A stretch of 64,000 nucleotides of DNA, taken from the NCBI GenBank assembly GCA_051418015.1, contig JBPRGF010000029.1, forward strand, positions 32,001 through 96,000, in the 5' to 3' direction. A program made the position numbers and the translations under genes. The notes below the pieces were generated by a model. That model worked only from the letters and a program-made list of their open reading frames with translations. It was not told the origin of the DNA and did not search any database. Shown piece after piece: positions 7,854 to 17,821 of the stretch (within the stretch, counting starts at the first letter, position 1; every line of letters begins with the position of its first letter). This stretch comes from Candidatus Nitrospinota bacterium M3_3B_026. GTDB taxonomy: Bacteria > Nitrospinota_A > UBA7883 > JBPRGF01.

Positions 7854-8699
7854 ATGGCCGTAATATCAGCGTCACGGCGGACAGACATTCCCGCCTTGCA
7901 TGGCCAGTGGCTGATGGACAGGTTCCGGGAGGGGCGCGTCGAGGTAAAAAACCCCTACAACGGAAAAATCTCCGAGATTTCCCTCAGGCCGGGGGACGTG
8001 GACGGGGTCGTCTTCTGGTCGAGAAACTACCGCCCCATGCTGGAGAGCCTTTCCCGGCTGAGCGGGATGGGATACGGGTTCTATTGCCAATACACCATCA
8101 TCGGCTACCCGCGCCTTTTCGACCCCGGCTCGCCCGGCGTGGAGGCCGCCGCCGGGACAGCCCGGGAGCTTGCCGCCAGGTTCGGGCCGGACACGGTGGT
8201 ATGGCGGTACGACCCTATAATCCTGACCTCCATGACGGACGCCGCCTGGCATCTCGAAAATTTCCCGCGGCTGCTTGGCCTGATGGAGGGCTCGACGGAC
8301 ACCTGCGTCATATCCTTCATCGACGTCTACAGGAAGGTGGAGCGCAACTTTTTGCCCCTGCTCAAAGAACACGGTGCGGAGTTTTACCGCCCCCGGCGCG
8401 AGGAACTGGAGGAGCTTGCCGCCGGGATGGCCCGGATGGCCGCGAAGGCGGGGATAACCGTCCGGTCATGCTGCGAGCCGGAGCTTGAGGCGGCTCCGAA
8501 GGGCTCGTGCGTGGACGCGGAGAGGCTCGGGCGCGTCACGGACCGGGACCTTTCCGGGCTCAAAAAGAGGCCGACAAGAGAGGGGTGCCTCTGTTACGCC
8601 TCGAAGGACATAGGCGCCTACGACACCTGTACGCTCGGCTGCGCCTATTGCTACGCCAACCGCTCCCCGGCGCTCCAGCGGCCTACTAAAAGACCTTGA
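7854..8699 (+). CDS. DUF1848 domain protein
   Basis: 'ISASRRTDIPA' N-terminus, 'WRYDPI', C-terminal 'CLCYASKDIGAYDTCTLGCAYCYAN'. Confidence 0.85.
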   Translation: MAVISASRRTDIPALHGQWLMDRFREGRVEVKNPYNGKISEISLRPGDVDGVVFWSRNYRPMLESLSRLSGMGYGFYCQYTIIGYPRLFDPGSPGVEAAAGTARELAARFGPDTVVWRYDPIILTSMTDAAWHLENFPRLLGLMEGSTDTCVISFIDVYRKVERNFLPLLKEHGAEFYRPRREELEELAAGMARMAAKAGITVRSCCEPELEAAPKGSCVDAERLGRVTDRDLSGLKKRPTREGCLCYASKDIGAYDTCTLGCAYCYANRSPALQRPTKRP

Positions 8700-9765
8700 C
8701 GTTCATCTGCTCGCGGAGCTTTTTCACGTAGGACTGGACGCCGTCCCTTACCTTCTCCTGCTCGAGCTTTGTCCTGACATCCTCCTTGACCTCCTCGAAG
8801 GGCAGCACGCCCGCGGGGCGGCGCTCCAGGACCTTTACGAGGTGGTAGCCGAACCTGCTCTCCACGATCCCGGAGACCTTGCCCGGCTCTGTGTTGAAGG
8901 CCGCCTCCTCGAACTCCGGCACCATCCTGCCACGCCCGAAGAAGCCGAGATCGCCGCCGTTGGACGCCGTGCCGGGGTCTTCGCTGACGGAGCGGGCCAA
9001 TTCGGCGAAATCCTCACCCTTCCCGAGCCGCTCGAGAACGGTTTCGATCTTCTCTTTCGCCTTCTTTTTCTCCTCCGGGCCGGCGTCGCTGTCGAACCGC
9101 GCCAGGATATGGGCGGCGTGGACCTGCTCGGGCTTTTCGAACTCGAGCTTGTTCACCTCGTAGTATTCCCGCGCCTGCTCGTCGGTCACGTCGATCTTGC
9201 TTACGACGTGTTTTTCAACGAGGCCCTGTATGGCCAGGTTCTGCCTGATGCTGTCTTTCACCTTTGCTTCCGTCAGCTCCTGCGCCGCCAGGGCCTGCTT
9301 GAAAGCATCCTCGCTGGGGAAGTTTTTCTTGATAGCGGTGAAGCTCGCCTCCACCTTCTCCGGTGGCGCCTGCATCTTCTCCTTCTCCGCCTGACGGCGA
9401 AGAGTCTCGGTGTTGATGTAATTCTCCAGCATCATCGACTTGATCTGCTCGAACCGCTCCTGGCCTATGGGGTTGTTCGCCTGCTTCATGTTCTCCCTGA
9501 AGCGCTCAAGGTCGGCCACGTAGCCGTCCCTCTTGATGGGCTCGCCTTCGATTTCGGCCACGACCTCCGGTATCTCGTCCAGACCAAGGTCCAGGGGCTT
9601 GCCCGCCTCGGCGGCGTCGGATGATTTCGGCAGGGAAAAGTTCAGGGAAGAGTCCGTTTCCCCGCCGCCCGGCGCGGAGACGGGGCCGCCCCCGTAGACA
9701 TAAAACAGCGACCCGGCGGCGATCGCCGCCACCAGGATGATTATTCCTATTGTCCGCAAAACCAT
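8686..9765 (-). CDS. PpiC/parvulin-type peptidyl-prolyl isomerase (PrsA/SurA-like foldase)
   Basis: N-terminal membrane anchor; 'HAAHIL…FAELARSVSEDPGTASNGGDLGFFGRGRMVPEFEEAAF…FGYHLVKV'. Confidence 0.92.
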   Translation of the reverse strand: MVLRTIGIIILVAAIAAGSLFYVYGGGPVSAPGGGETDSSLNFSLPKSSDAAEAGKPLDLGLDEIPEVVAEIEGEPIKRDGYVADLERFRENMKQANNPIGQERFEQIKSMMLENYINTETLRRQAEKEKMQAPPEKVEASFTAIKKNFPSEDAFKQALAAQELTEAKVKDSIRQNLAIQGLVEKHVVSKIDVTDEQAREYYEVNKLEFEKPEQVHAAHILARFDSDAGPEEKKKAKEKIETVLERLGKGEDFAELARSVSEDPGTASNGGDLGFFGRGRMVPEFEEAAFNTEPGKVSGIVESRFGYHLVKVLERRPAGVLPFEEVKEDVRTKLEQEKVRDGVQSYVKKLREQMNVKVF

Positions 9766-9897
9766 GATCCTCTCCTGTCTCCAGCATTAAAGTTAAAAGT
9801 CTATCCTCTACGCCGGGGGGATGGCAAGGGGATTAAAAACGCATGTGGGGAGGCGGGGCAACGGTTTTGCGCTTTTTCAGATATGGGCGGCCCGAGA

Positions 9898-10209
9898 CTA
9901 CACGGCCGTTCTCATGACCTCTTCGTAGGCTTCGATGACCTTGTTGCGCACCTGCATCGTCAGCTTGAAGGCGATCTCGGCCTTGCTCAAGGCTATCATC
10001 GTTTCGTGTATGTTCTTTGATTTGCCGGCGACAAGGTTTTCTATGGCATTGTCCGCCTCGAGCTGGTACTGGTTCACCTCCTTCAGGGAATCCGCCAGGG
10101 TGTTGGCGAACGACCCCCCCTCCTCCCCTTTCCTGCCGGCGTTCTGGATCTTCAGTGAGGAGCCGAGAGGCTCCATGTTCGTAAGGACTTTCATGCCAAG
10201 GTCAGCCAT
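9898..10209 (-). CDS. fliE: Flagellar hook-basal body protein FliE
   Basis: 'IHETMIALSKAEIAFKLTMQVRNKVIEAYEEVMR' FliE C-terminus; ATG 10209 with GGGGAG RBS. Confidence 0.93.
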   Translation of the reverse strand: MADLGMKVLTNMEPLGSSLKIQNAGRKGEEGGSFANTLADSLKEVNQYQLEADNAIENLVAGKSKNIHETMIALSKAEIAFKLTMQVRNKVIEAYEEVMRTAV

Positions 10210-10298
10210 CGTCTGTTCTCCCCGTCTCAAAACGACCGCCGCGCCAGCGGTTCAGTCAGCTCGGCCCCCTTGATTCAAGGGTCAGCCGTTCTCCACTC

Positions 10299-10718
10299 TT
10301 AAAGACTTCTTTCTATGGCCTCGTCGATTATGCCGCCCCTCTTGCCCCGGACGGCTATCAGCGTCTGGTAGGTAAGGGACGTCTCCAGAAGTTTCGCCAT
10401 CTCGCGATCCAGGTTTACGTTGTTGCCGTCCAGCCGGGGCGCGTCCTGCGAAACCCCCACCTTCGGCTTGAACCCTTCCAGGCCGCCGTCAGCGCCGTCC
10501 AGGTGCCGCGGGTCGGTCGTTTTCACCCCGATGCCGGGCTTGTAGGCCTCTTTCAGCCTATTTTCAAAAGGTTCCAGGTCAACGGCCTTGTAGCCGGGCG
10601 TCTCGACGTTCGCTATGTTGCTGTTGACCAGCAGCGCCCGCTGGGCGTGGATGTCCATCGCTTTGCTGACGAGCCTGCCCACCTTGTTGGTGAAGAGCAG
10701 ATCGCTGACAAGTCCCAT
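10299..10718 (-). CDS. flgB: Flagellar basal-body rod protein FlgB
   Basis: 'SNIANVETPGYKAVDL' and 'RLDGNNVNLDREM'. Confidence 0.9.
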   Translation of the reverse strand: MGLVSDLLFTNKVGRLVSKAMDIHAQRALLVNSNIANVETPGYKAVDLEPFENRLKEAYKPGIGVKTTDPRHLDGADGGLEGFKPKVGVSQDAPRLDGNNVNLDREMAKLLETSLTYQTLIAVRGKRGGIIDEAIERSL

Positions 10719-10754
10719 CGATCGCCTCCTGAAAACATTCCTTTACCTAGTTGG

Positions 10755-10811
10755 AAGCAAATGCGGCGCCATTGCCGGGAAACGGACGGGCCGACAGCTA
10801 ACTCATTGATA
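10755..10811 (-). promoter_or_regulatory. Sigma54 promoter with upstream IHF site for flgB-fliE
   Basis: Minus strand TGGCGC-CGCAT-TTGCT (GG-N10-GC) at 10771-10756; TATCAATGAGTTA at 10811-10799 matches the IHF consensus WATCAAN4TTR. Confidence 0.7.
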
Positions 10812-10922
10812 TACAATCGTAAATCCCCGGAGCCGGGCCGCGGGATTTTTGACTTTCGGGAAATTTTGGCGCGGTCCGGCGCGTCAGGGAACCGTCGCGG
10901 CGCTCATGTTAAAATATGCCCC

Positions 10923-11846
10923 ATGAAAACGGACTTGAAAAAGCTTGAGAAAACGGGCCCCGGAGAGGACCGGGAGCGCGGCGCGGAGCAGGACATCGCG
11001 GACGAGGCCCTTGTTCTGGCGGACCCGCTGCAGCTTTACATCAGCAAAATCAAGAAGTATCCCATCCTCACCGCCGAGCAGGAGCGAGAGCTGGCCCTCC
11101 GTTTCCAGCGGACGGGCGACCGCGAGGCGGCTTTCCGGCTGGTGACGTCGAACCTGATGCTGGTTGTGAAGATAGCCTTCGAGTTTCGCTCCTCGTTCCA
11201 GAACATGCTGGACCTGATCCAGGAGGGCAACTACGGCCTGATGCGCGCCGTCAGAAAATTCAACCCCTTGAAGGGCGCGCGGCTTTCCACCTACGCCTCG
11301 TACTGGATCCGCGCCTACATGATAAAGTTTCTGCTGGACAACTGGCGGCTCGTCCGGGTGGGGACGACCAACACCCGCAGAAAGCTCCTCTACAACCTCC
11401 GCGCCCTGGAGATGAAGATGAAAGAGGGCGGAATCGAGGCCGGGCCGAAGCTGCTGGCCGAAAAACTCGGCGCCTCCGAGCGGGACGTCATCGATGTCCA
11501 GAAAAGCCTCGGCGCCCAGGACGCCTCCATTCACCAGCCCGTGGAGGAGGGCTCCACCCGCACGCTCGCCGAGACACTCTCCGCCTCCGGGCGGGACGTA
11601 TCCGAGGATATCGGTGAAGAGCAGATGATGGAAAAACTCCAGGAGGCGATCGAACAGTTCAAAAAGGATCTGAAACCCAGCGACCGCGTCATATTGGACG
11701 AAAGGATACTCTCCGACGAGCCCACGACCCTGCGGGAGATAGGCGAGCGCCACGGCATCACCCGCGAGGCCGTCCGGCAGGCGGAGGCGAGGCTTTTGAA
11801 ACGCCTCAAGAAATTCGTGGGAGAGCGGCTGGCGGGCGCGGCTTAG
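10923..11846 (+). CDS. rpoH: RpoH (sigma-32)-like RNA polymerase sigma factor
   Basis: Region 1.2 'DPLQLYISKIKKYPILT', region 2 'DLIQEGNYGLMRAVRKFNP…TYASYWIRA', RpoH-like 'NWRLVRVGTTNTRRKLLYNL', region 4 'TREAVRQAE'. True start ATG 10923. Confidence 0.85.
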   Translation: MKTDLKKLEKTGPGEDRERGAEQDIADEALVLADPLQLYISKIKKYPILTAEQERELALRFQRTGDREAAFRLVTSNLMLVVKIAFEFRSSFQNMLDLIQEGNYGLMRAVRKFNPLKGARLSTYASYWIRAYMIKFLLDNWRLVRVGTTNTRRKLLYNLRALEMKMKEGGIEAGPKLLAEKLGASERDVIDVQKSLGAQDASIHQPVEEGSTRTLAETLSASGRDVSEDIGEEQMMEKLQEAIEQFKKDLKPSDRVILDERILSDEPTTLREIGERHGITREAVRQAEARLLKRLKKFVGERLAGAA

Positions 11847-12517
11847 GAGGGCTTTGATGAATTTTTCATTTTGATATTTTGCAAAAAATCCACTAACTCA
11901 TGGACACGAGTGGAAGGATCATCGGTATCAGCTGACTGTGCGGCTTTAAAAGCTTTGACGGCGTTGGCTTTGGCCGTCTCCAATTTATCTTCAAGGGACG
12001 AGAAGACATCACGTTGCCCTTTGTCATAATCAGGCAAATATTTTTTAAGCGCTGATGTTAATTGGAAGCATGCGCTTTTCCCTGACATGGCGCTATATGA
12101 CTTTGTGGTGTAAATGAAGTGCAGTATTAGCCAATACTCAAAGCATGGAACCGAGGTGATGGCGAAGAAAGTATTTTTAGGCGCAACTCGATTAATGGCG
12201 TCCACAGCCTGCGCGTAATTTGTGTGGTTGTCTTTGTCAAAGACGCAATACACCCTATCAAAGGGGTCGCCAGCGCCTTCCTTATCATAGAGTTCCTTGG
12301 CATGTTCGATTATGCTGACCGGATCGGAGCCGCATTCTTCTCCACAGATTTCCACATTTGCGCTGTTAAGGCGGTAGTAATCTTTTAATCCTTTAAAGTA
12401 ATTCGGCTCCGTTTTTTCACCTTCACAAACGATCAATACCTTGGCGTAAGGTTCTCTCCTGGGTTTGCGGCGTCTTAATTCACGCGCCTGCCTCGCTTTC
12501 CTTCTAGAGAAGCCCAT
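11843..12517 (-). CDS. RloB-like protein (AbiLii-like)
   Basis: 'LIVCEGEKTEPNYF', 'VYCVFDKD', 'SVPCFEYWLILHF', 'PSTRVHELV'; low GC. Confidence 0.88.
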   Translation of the reverse strand: MGFSRRKARQARELRRRKPRREPYAKVLIVCEGEKTEPNYFKGLKDYYRLNSANVEICGEECGSDPVSIIEHAKELYDKEGAGDPFDRVYCVFDKDNHTNYAQAVDAINRVAPKNTFFAITSVPCFEYWLILHFIYTTKSYSAMSGKSACFQLTSALKKYLPDYDKGQRDVFSSLEDKLETAKANAVKAFKAAQSADTDDPSTRVHELVDFLQNIKMKNSSKPS

Positions 12518-13794
12518 CAGTTATGCGTCTTTAGCGGCTTTATATATGGCAAAGCGCCATAACGCCCCGAGAGGTACGCCAGTTCAAGGTTTTCACGCCC
12601 CTTGCGCGGGTGGAAATCTGTTAAAGGGTAAAGCGTTGTTGCTTGATCCTGGCCCTTTTCGCAAAACCAGATTTGATCACGGCGAAATACCTCCTGGTTG
12701 AGAATAGAAGTTTCGTGGGTGGTGAAAACCAGTTGAGCGTTTTTAGGATTGGTCTCACTACTGTGAAAAAGCTGTACTAAAAACCGCACCAACTGTGGAT
12801 GCAGGTTGTCGTGCAGTTCGTCGATAAAGAGCACGTAGCCATTAGATAAAGTGTCAATCCAAGGCCCGGCGAAGGAGAAAAGTTTTTGAGTGCCGTCTGA
12901 CTCATCTTTGAAGTCGAATGACACCGTATCACCCTCGCTGCTTTTGTGGATAGTCTTAATCTTGATGAGTTCTTTGCCTTCCAGTTCGCCAGCAATTGTA
13001 TTTTTGACATGCTCCGGCATATCGTCTGGCAATTCTTTGATATCAAAAGGCTTTTTCTTGGCAATGACATCTTCAATGTTCAGGTCGGCCGCGCGCAGAT
13101 AATCCATTATTTCCTGTTTTTCCTTCGATTTTTCGCAAAGCGAAGCGCTAAAAGTTGGAGCCAAGCCTGGAAGATTAACGATGTACAACGTGTCACTAAA
13201 CCAGTCATAGATTGGTTGCAATTGCTGGCTATTGAGTTGAACGGCAGTTGAAAGAAACAACGCGTTGTCTCGCGTGGACTTTTGCCAGAGCTGTTTCTCA
13301 CCTAATAGATTGTTGCCAAGCTCCCAGTCATATTTGCTACTTTCAACGTTCCAGGCCCGATCGAACCACCGCTGGGGACGGCCTTTAGGGTAGGCCAACA
13401 GCCACTCCTCATGAATGCGGTCTTCTGTGGCTGAAAAACCATACTGGTAACGGACGTGGTTGACGATGAAAACCACCTCGAACACACTTGGAGCATTGCT
13501 GGTGGTTTGGCTTAGGCGAAACGGCGTGACCGGCAGTTTGTCGCCGCGTTTTTGACTTGTAGCCGACCCCAAAACAATCTGCTGCATGGTTCGCAACGCG
13601 AGCAAAACATTTGTTTTGCCTCCAGCGTTCGGGCCATAGATCGCGGCGGAGCGCAACAGGTCGAACTCGCGGAAAGCTTGCGCCTTGAAGGTATTGGTTT
13701 GGACCAACTCTTCTTTGCCGCTTGCTTTAACCAGACTGAGTGTCTGGCGGTCACGCACTGAGCGAAAGTTGGTCACACTGAATTCGATTAACAT
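12517..13794 (-). CDS. RloA/AbiLi-like AAA ATPase (AAA_21 type)
   Basis: 'IYGPNAGGKTN' Walker A, 'ESDGTQKLF', 'FIDELHDNLHP', 'AQLVFTTH', 'YLSGRYGALP'; translationally coupled to RloB. Confidence 0.88.
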   Translation of the reverse strand: MLIEFSVTNFRSVRDRQTLSLVKASGKEELVQTNTFKAQAFREFDLLRSAAIYGPNAGGKTNVLLALRTMQQIVLGSATSQKRGDKLPVTPFRLSQTTSNAPSVFEVVFIVNHVRYQYGFSATEDRIHEEWLLAYPKGRPQRWFDRAWNVESSKYDWELGNNLLGEKQLWQKSTRDNALFLSTAVQLNSQQLQPIYDWFSDTLYIVNLPGLAPTFSASLCEKSKEKQEIMDYLRAADLNIEDVIAKKKPFDIKELPDDMPEHVKNTIAGELEGKELIKIKTIHKSSEGDTVSFDFKDESDGTQKLFSFAGPWIDTLSNGYVLFIDELHDNLHPQLVRFLVQLFHSSETNPKNAQLVFTTHETSILNQEVFRRDQIWFCEKGQDQATTLYPLTDFHPRKGRENLELAYLSGRYGALPYIKPLKTHN

Positions 13795-14016
13795 CGGCCT
13801 CCCCTTTTAGCGCCTAATTTGGCAAATAATGTCAAAAATAACACTACAAATGAGTTTTGTCCATCCTTAACTGGAAAAAACGGTAATATGTGAAAAAGAA
13901 GCGGTGTTTTTTCTCTCCTGACAGATCTCCCTGCCGCCCCGGGTTCTCCCCCGGCGCCGCGTGTGGTAGAATCCAGAGAACCCGAAATGTTAGTGAATAT
14001 ATAAAGGGATTTAGAC

Positions 14017-14406
14017 ATGCCGGAAGAGCCGAGCCCCGAAAACGAGATGGAGATCCTCTCCAAAGCCATCGTGGACGCCATAGTCAGGTCCCGCGACGTC
14101 AGAAAGGCGATAGCCAGGCTTTCCGGCTCGGACGAGATCGACTCGAAGTCGTTCATGGTGCTCATGCTGAAAGTGGGCAACCTGGCCGAGGCCATGGGGT
14201 TCGACGTTCCGCCAGGCGGCGGGGACGGCGCCGCGAAAGAAGGGACGAACGGCGAGGCAGGGGACAAGCCGGACGAGCAGGTCAAGCTGCCCGACTCCTA
14301 CGAGGACGGCAGGAGGCTTTCGAGGGCCGAAAAGGCTTTCAGGGAGTACCTGTCAAAGGTCTTCGACCAGGACGAGTGGCTGAGAAAGAACGGGCTTATC
14401 TACTGA
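14017..14406 (+). CDS. Hypothetical protein
   Basis: Host-like codon usage, ATG with upstream AAGGGA; no family recognised. Confidence 0.65.
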   Translation: MPEEPSPENEMEILSKAIVDAIVRSRDVRKAIARLSGSDEIDSKSFMVLMLKVGNLAEAMGFDVPPGGGDGAAKEGTNGEAGDKPDEQVKLPDSYEDGRRLSRAEKAFREYLSKVFDQDEWLRKNGLIY

Positions 14407-14508
14407 TCCTCCAGCCGGAGCCCCCGATGCGGGGCGCGGCCTCTTGAGCGGGAGACCTTTGCGGAACCAACAGGCTTTGCCGGTTTGCCGTCCTGAGCCG
14501 CCCTTTTT

Positions 14509-14562
14509 TGTCATCCTGAGCCCCTTCGGCTTCGCCCCAGGGCGGGCTCCGGCGAAGGATTT
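14509..14562. repeat. TGTC/CGTC-tagged palindromic REP-like element (degenerate relatives at ~7804-7833, 44777-44802, 44831-44876)
   Basis: TGTCATCCTGAGC…GGCGAAGGAT architecture; AGCCGGAGGCGA is shared exactly between the 7.8-kb copy and the reverse-strand 44.8-kb copy. Confidence 0.55.
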
Positions 14563-14603
14563 TGTCTTTCTCACCGGCCTGCTGAAACTTGGCGGGGTTT
14601 GAC

Positions 14604-15245
14604 ATGCGTCATCTCGACGGGGCCAAGAGGGTGATGGTCGAGCGCCATCTTGCCGGCCGCGACATAACCGACCCCGCTGTCCTCCGGGCCATGGGGAGCG
14701 TCCCCCGCGAGGATTTCGTCCCCGAGTCGTTTAAAAGATACGCCTACGACGACAACCCCCTGCCGATCGGCCACGGCCAGACCATAAGCCAGCCTTACAT
14801 AGTGGCCCTGATGATCCAGGAGCTGCGTGTGGAGCCTTCCGACATGGTTCTGGAGATAGGCGGCGGCTCCGGCTACCAGGCGGCGGTTCTCTCGCTGCTG
14901 GCCGATCACGTCTACAGCGTGGAGATAATCCCCGAGCTTGCCGGGCAGGCCGCCGGGTGTCTATCAAGGCTGGGTTATAATAACGTCACGGTTGTGACCG
15001 GCGACGGCCGCCTGGGCTGGCCCGAGGCCGCGCCCTATGACAAGATAATCGGCGCCGCCGCCATCGACCACGTGCCGGAGCCGCTCGAGGAGCAGCTGAA
15101 GGAGGGGGGACGGCTGATCCTGCCGGTGGGAGGCGAATATTTCCAGGACCTGCTTTTGGGAGAGAAAAAAGGTGGCCAGATGCTTTACAGTTCGGTGACG
15201 ACGGTGCGTTTCGTCCCCATGACCGGCGACGCAGGGGAACGCTGA
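14604..15245 (+). CDS. pcm: Protein-L-isoaspartate O-methyltransferase
   Basis: 'VPREDFVP…AYDDNPLPIGHGQTISQPYIVA', 'VLEIGGGSGYQAAVL', 'VRFVPM'. Confidence 0.95.
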   Translation: MRHLDGAKRVMVERHLAGRDITDPAVLRAMGSVPREDFVPESFKRYAYDDNPLPIGHGQTISQPYIVALMIQELRVEPSDMVLEIGGGSGYQAAVLSLLADHVYSVEIIPELAGQAAGCLSRLGYNNVTVVTGDGRLGWPEAAPYDKIIGAAAIDHVPEPLEEQLKEGGRLILPVGGEYFQDLLLGEKKGGQMLYSSVTTVRFVPMTGDAGER

Positions 15246-15283
15246 GCCTGCGCCGGACGGCGGAGAGTTTCGGAGCGACGATC

Positions 15284-17713
15284 GTGAAAAAATACCTGTG
15301 CGTCCACGGGCACTTCTACCAGCCCCCCCGGGAGAACCCCTGGCTCGAGATCATAGAGGTCCAGGACACCGCCGCGCCCTACCACGATTGGAACGAGCGG
15401 GTGAACAGGGAATGCTACGCCCCTAACACCGCCTCCCGCCTCTACGGCAAGGGCGGCAGGATCAAGCGGATAGTGAACAACTTCGAGCGGATAAGCTTCA
15501 ACGTCGGCCCGACACTGATGAGCTGGCTCGAGGAGAACGACAAGACCGCCTACGCAAGAATAGTGGAGGCCGACAAGGCCAGCGCGAAGGCGCATGGCGG
15601 CCACGGATCAGGCCTTGCCCAAGCCTACAACCACATGATAATGCCCCTTGCCACCGACAGGGACAAAACCACACAGGTCAAGTGGGGAATCGCCGATTTC
15701 AAGCGCCATTTCGGGCGCGACCCGGAGGGGATGTGGCTGCCGGAGACCGCCGCGGATAAAAAGACCCTCCAGGCTCTGGCCGAAAACGGCATAACCTTCA
15801 CCATCCTGGCCCCCAGCCAGGCCAAGGCCGTCCGGGAAAAGGAGGGGGGGAAGATGACCCCCGTGAACGGCGGGATAGACCCCACCCGCCCATACAAGGT
15901 GAAGCTCGACGCCGGACGGGAGATAACGGTCTTCTTCTACGACGGGCCGATAAGCCAGGCCGTGGCCTTCGAGGAGATCCTGGACAGCGGCGAGAAGTTC
16001 GCAAAGAGGCTGAAGGACGGCTTCGCCGAACAGAGAAAATGGAGCCAGATCGTCAACATCGCCACCGACGGCGAGACCTACGGCCACCACCACAGGTTCG
16101 GCGAGATGGCGCTCTCCTACGCCCTTGAGTGGATCGAAAAGTCCGACGAGATAGAGCTGACCAACTACGCCGAATACCTCTCGAAACACCCCCCCCCCGC
16201 CGAGGCGGAGATCCACGAGAACTCGTCGTGGTCGTGCTCCCACGGCGTGGAGCGGTGGAGGAGCGATTGCGGCTGCAGCATCGGCGGGCAGGACTGGAAC
16301 CAGAAATGGCGCGCGCCGCTGCGGGAGGCGCTGGACAACCTGAAAACCCGGATCGACGAGATATACGAGCGGGAAGGGGGGAAAATTTTCAAGGACCCGT
16401 GGGAGGCCCGGGACGGCTACATAGAAGTGATACTGGACAGGAGCGAAAAGCGCGCCAACCGGTTCCTTGCCGAGCGGGCCGGGCGGGAGCTTTCACGGGA
16501 GGAGCGGGTGAGAGCCCTTTGCCTGCTGGAGGCGCAGCGTAACTCCATGCTGATGTTCACCTCCTGCGGCTGGTTTTTCGACGACGTGTCGGGCATCGAG
16601 ACCTCCCAGCTTTTGAAATACGCCGCGCGGGCCATGCAGCTTGTCGAGGACATGACCGGTGAGAGCATGGAGAGCGGTTTTCTGGAAATCCTGAAAAAGG
16701 CGAAAAGCAACATCCCCGCCCAGGGAAACGGCGAGGACATATACCGCCGCTACGTCCTGCCGGAGAAGGCGACGCTTTCAAGGCTGCTTGCCAACCACGC
16801 CATATCCCACACCCTCGACGCCAACGGAGAAAGCGGCCTGGGAAAGGTCTTCGAGGTACGCGAAAAAAGCGGCGAGAAGGAGGAATACGGCGACACGGCC
16901 CTTTACGTCTCCCGGGCGGTGGCCAGGTCGAAGATCACCCTGGAAGAGAAGGCGATGGTCGCCGCCACGCTGCGCCTCGGCGGGGCGGACATCACCTGCT
17001 TCACCCGGCCGGACACGGGGATCGAGGACTACGAGCCGCTGGTGAAAGACGTCTTCTGGGTCTGGCGTCAGCGCTCCATGGCGGAGCTTATAAGGCGGCT
17101 GGACGCGGCCTTCAAGGACGGGCATTTCACCCTGAGGGACCTTTTCATGGAGCAGCGCCGGAAAGCCGTCAACGTCCTCTTCGCCGATCACATCATGCGC
17201 TTCGTGGACACCTACGACCAGCTATTCTGGCGCAACCGGCGGATGATGGACTTCTTCGTCGAGGCCAAGGTCCCCCCGCCGCGGGAGTTCAAGATGGCGG
17301 CGCAGTACATCCTGGAAAAGGAGCTTTTGGACTCCGCCGGGGAGCTTGCCAAGCCCGATGCGCCGGAGAGGATGGCAAACCTTTTGGGGGAGATGAGAAA
17401 ATGGGACGTGGACGTGGACCTGCGGCCCGTCCGCAAGGAGCTTGAGCGGCGGCTGCTGGAGACCATCGACAGGCTGGACAGGGAGCGGGACGTGGACATG
17501 GCCCGCAACGTCATCCAGATGATCCTCGCCGCCCAGACCGCCGACCTGGGTCTCGACCTGTGGGCTATCCAGAACCGTTTCGACTCCATATACAAGGCGC
17601 GGATGGAAACCCCCGAAGATCCTTTCTACGGCCACCCGGAGCTTGGGAAGCTCGGCATCCTGCTGAATTTCTCCTTCGGCTCCGCGGCTAGAAAAGCGCC
17701 TGAGACCACCTGA
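15284..17713 (+). CDS. Glycoside hydrolase family 57 protein with DUF3536 domain
   Basis: 'HGHFYQPPRENPW', 'GMWLPETA', 'ATDGETYGHHH', 'SWSCSHGVERW', 'MFTSCGWFFDD'. Confidence 0.9.
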   Translation: MKKYLCVHGHFYQPPRENPWLEIIEVQDTAAPYHDWNERVNRECYAPNTASRLYGKGGRIKRIVNNFERISFNVGPTLMSWLEENDKTAYARIVEADKASAKAHGGHGSGLAQAYNHMIMPLATDRDKTTQVKWGIADFKRHFGRDPEGMWLPETAADKKTLQALAENGITFTILAPSQAKAVREKEGGKMTPVNGGIDPTRPYKVKLDAGREITVFFYDGPISQAVAFEEILDSGEKFAKRLKDGFAEQRKWSQIVNIATDGETYGHHHRFGEMALSYALEWIEKSDEIELTNYAEYLSKHPPPAEAEIHENSSWSCSHGVERWRSDCGCSIGGQDWNQKWRAPLREALDNLKTRIDEIYEREGGKIFKDPWEARDGYIEVILDRSEKRANRFLAERAGRELSREERVRALCLLEAQRNSMLMFTSCGWFFDDVSGIETSQLLKYAARAMQLVEDMTGESMESGFLEILKKAKSNIPAQGNGEDIYRRYVLPEKATLSRLLANHAISHTLDANGESGLGKVFEVREKSGEKEEYGDTALYVSRAVARSKITLEEKAMVAATLRLGGADITCFTRPDTGIEDYEPLVKDVFWVWRQRSMAELIRRLDAAFKDGHFTLRDLFMEQRRKAVNVLFADHIMRFVDTYDQLFWRNRRMMDFFVEAKVPPPREFKMAAQYILEKELLDSAGELAKPDAPERMANLLGEMRKWDVDVDLRPVRKELERRLLETIDRLDRERDVDMARNVIQMILAAQTADLGLDLWAIQNRFDSIYKARMETPEDPFYGHPELGKLGILLNFSFGSAARKAPETT

Positions 17714-17821
17714 AAGTCCCCTCCCGGGAGGAGGCGCAGGATCGCTCTGACGCCCGCGACCTGAACACCAGCCAAGAGGCCGGTCTAAGGGACCTTGCCG
17801 TTGTTGTTTGTCGTAACCCCG

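Noticed and set aside
10503..10922. N-terminal extension of the sigma factor ORF
   Set aside because: It overlaps flgB and its promoter on the opposite strand; sigma homology begins after ATG 10923.
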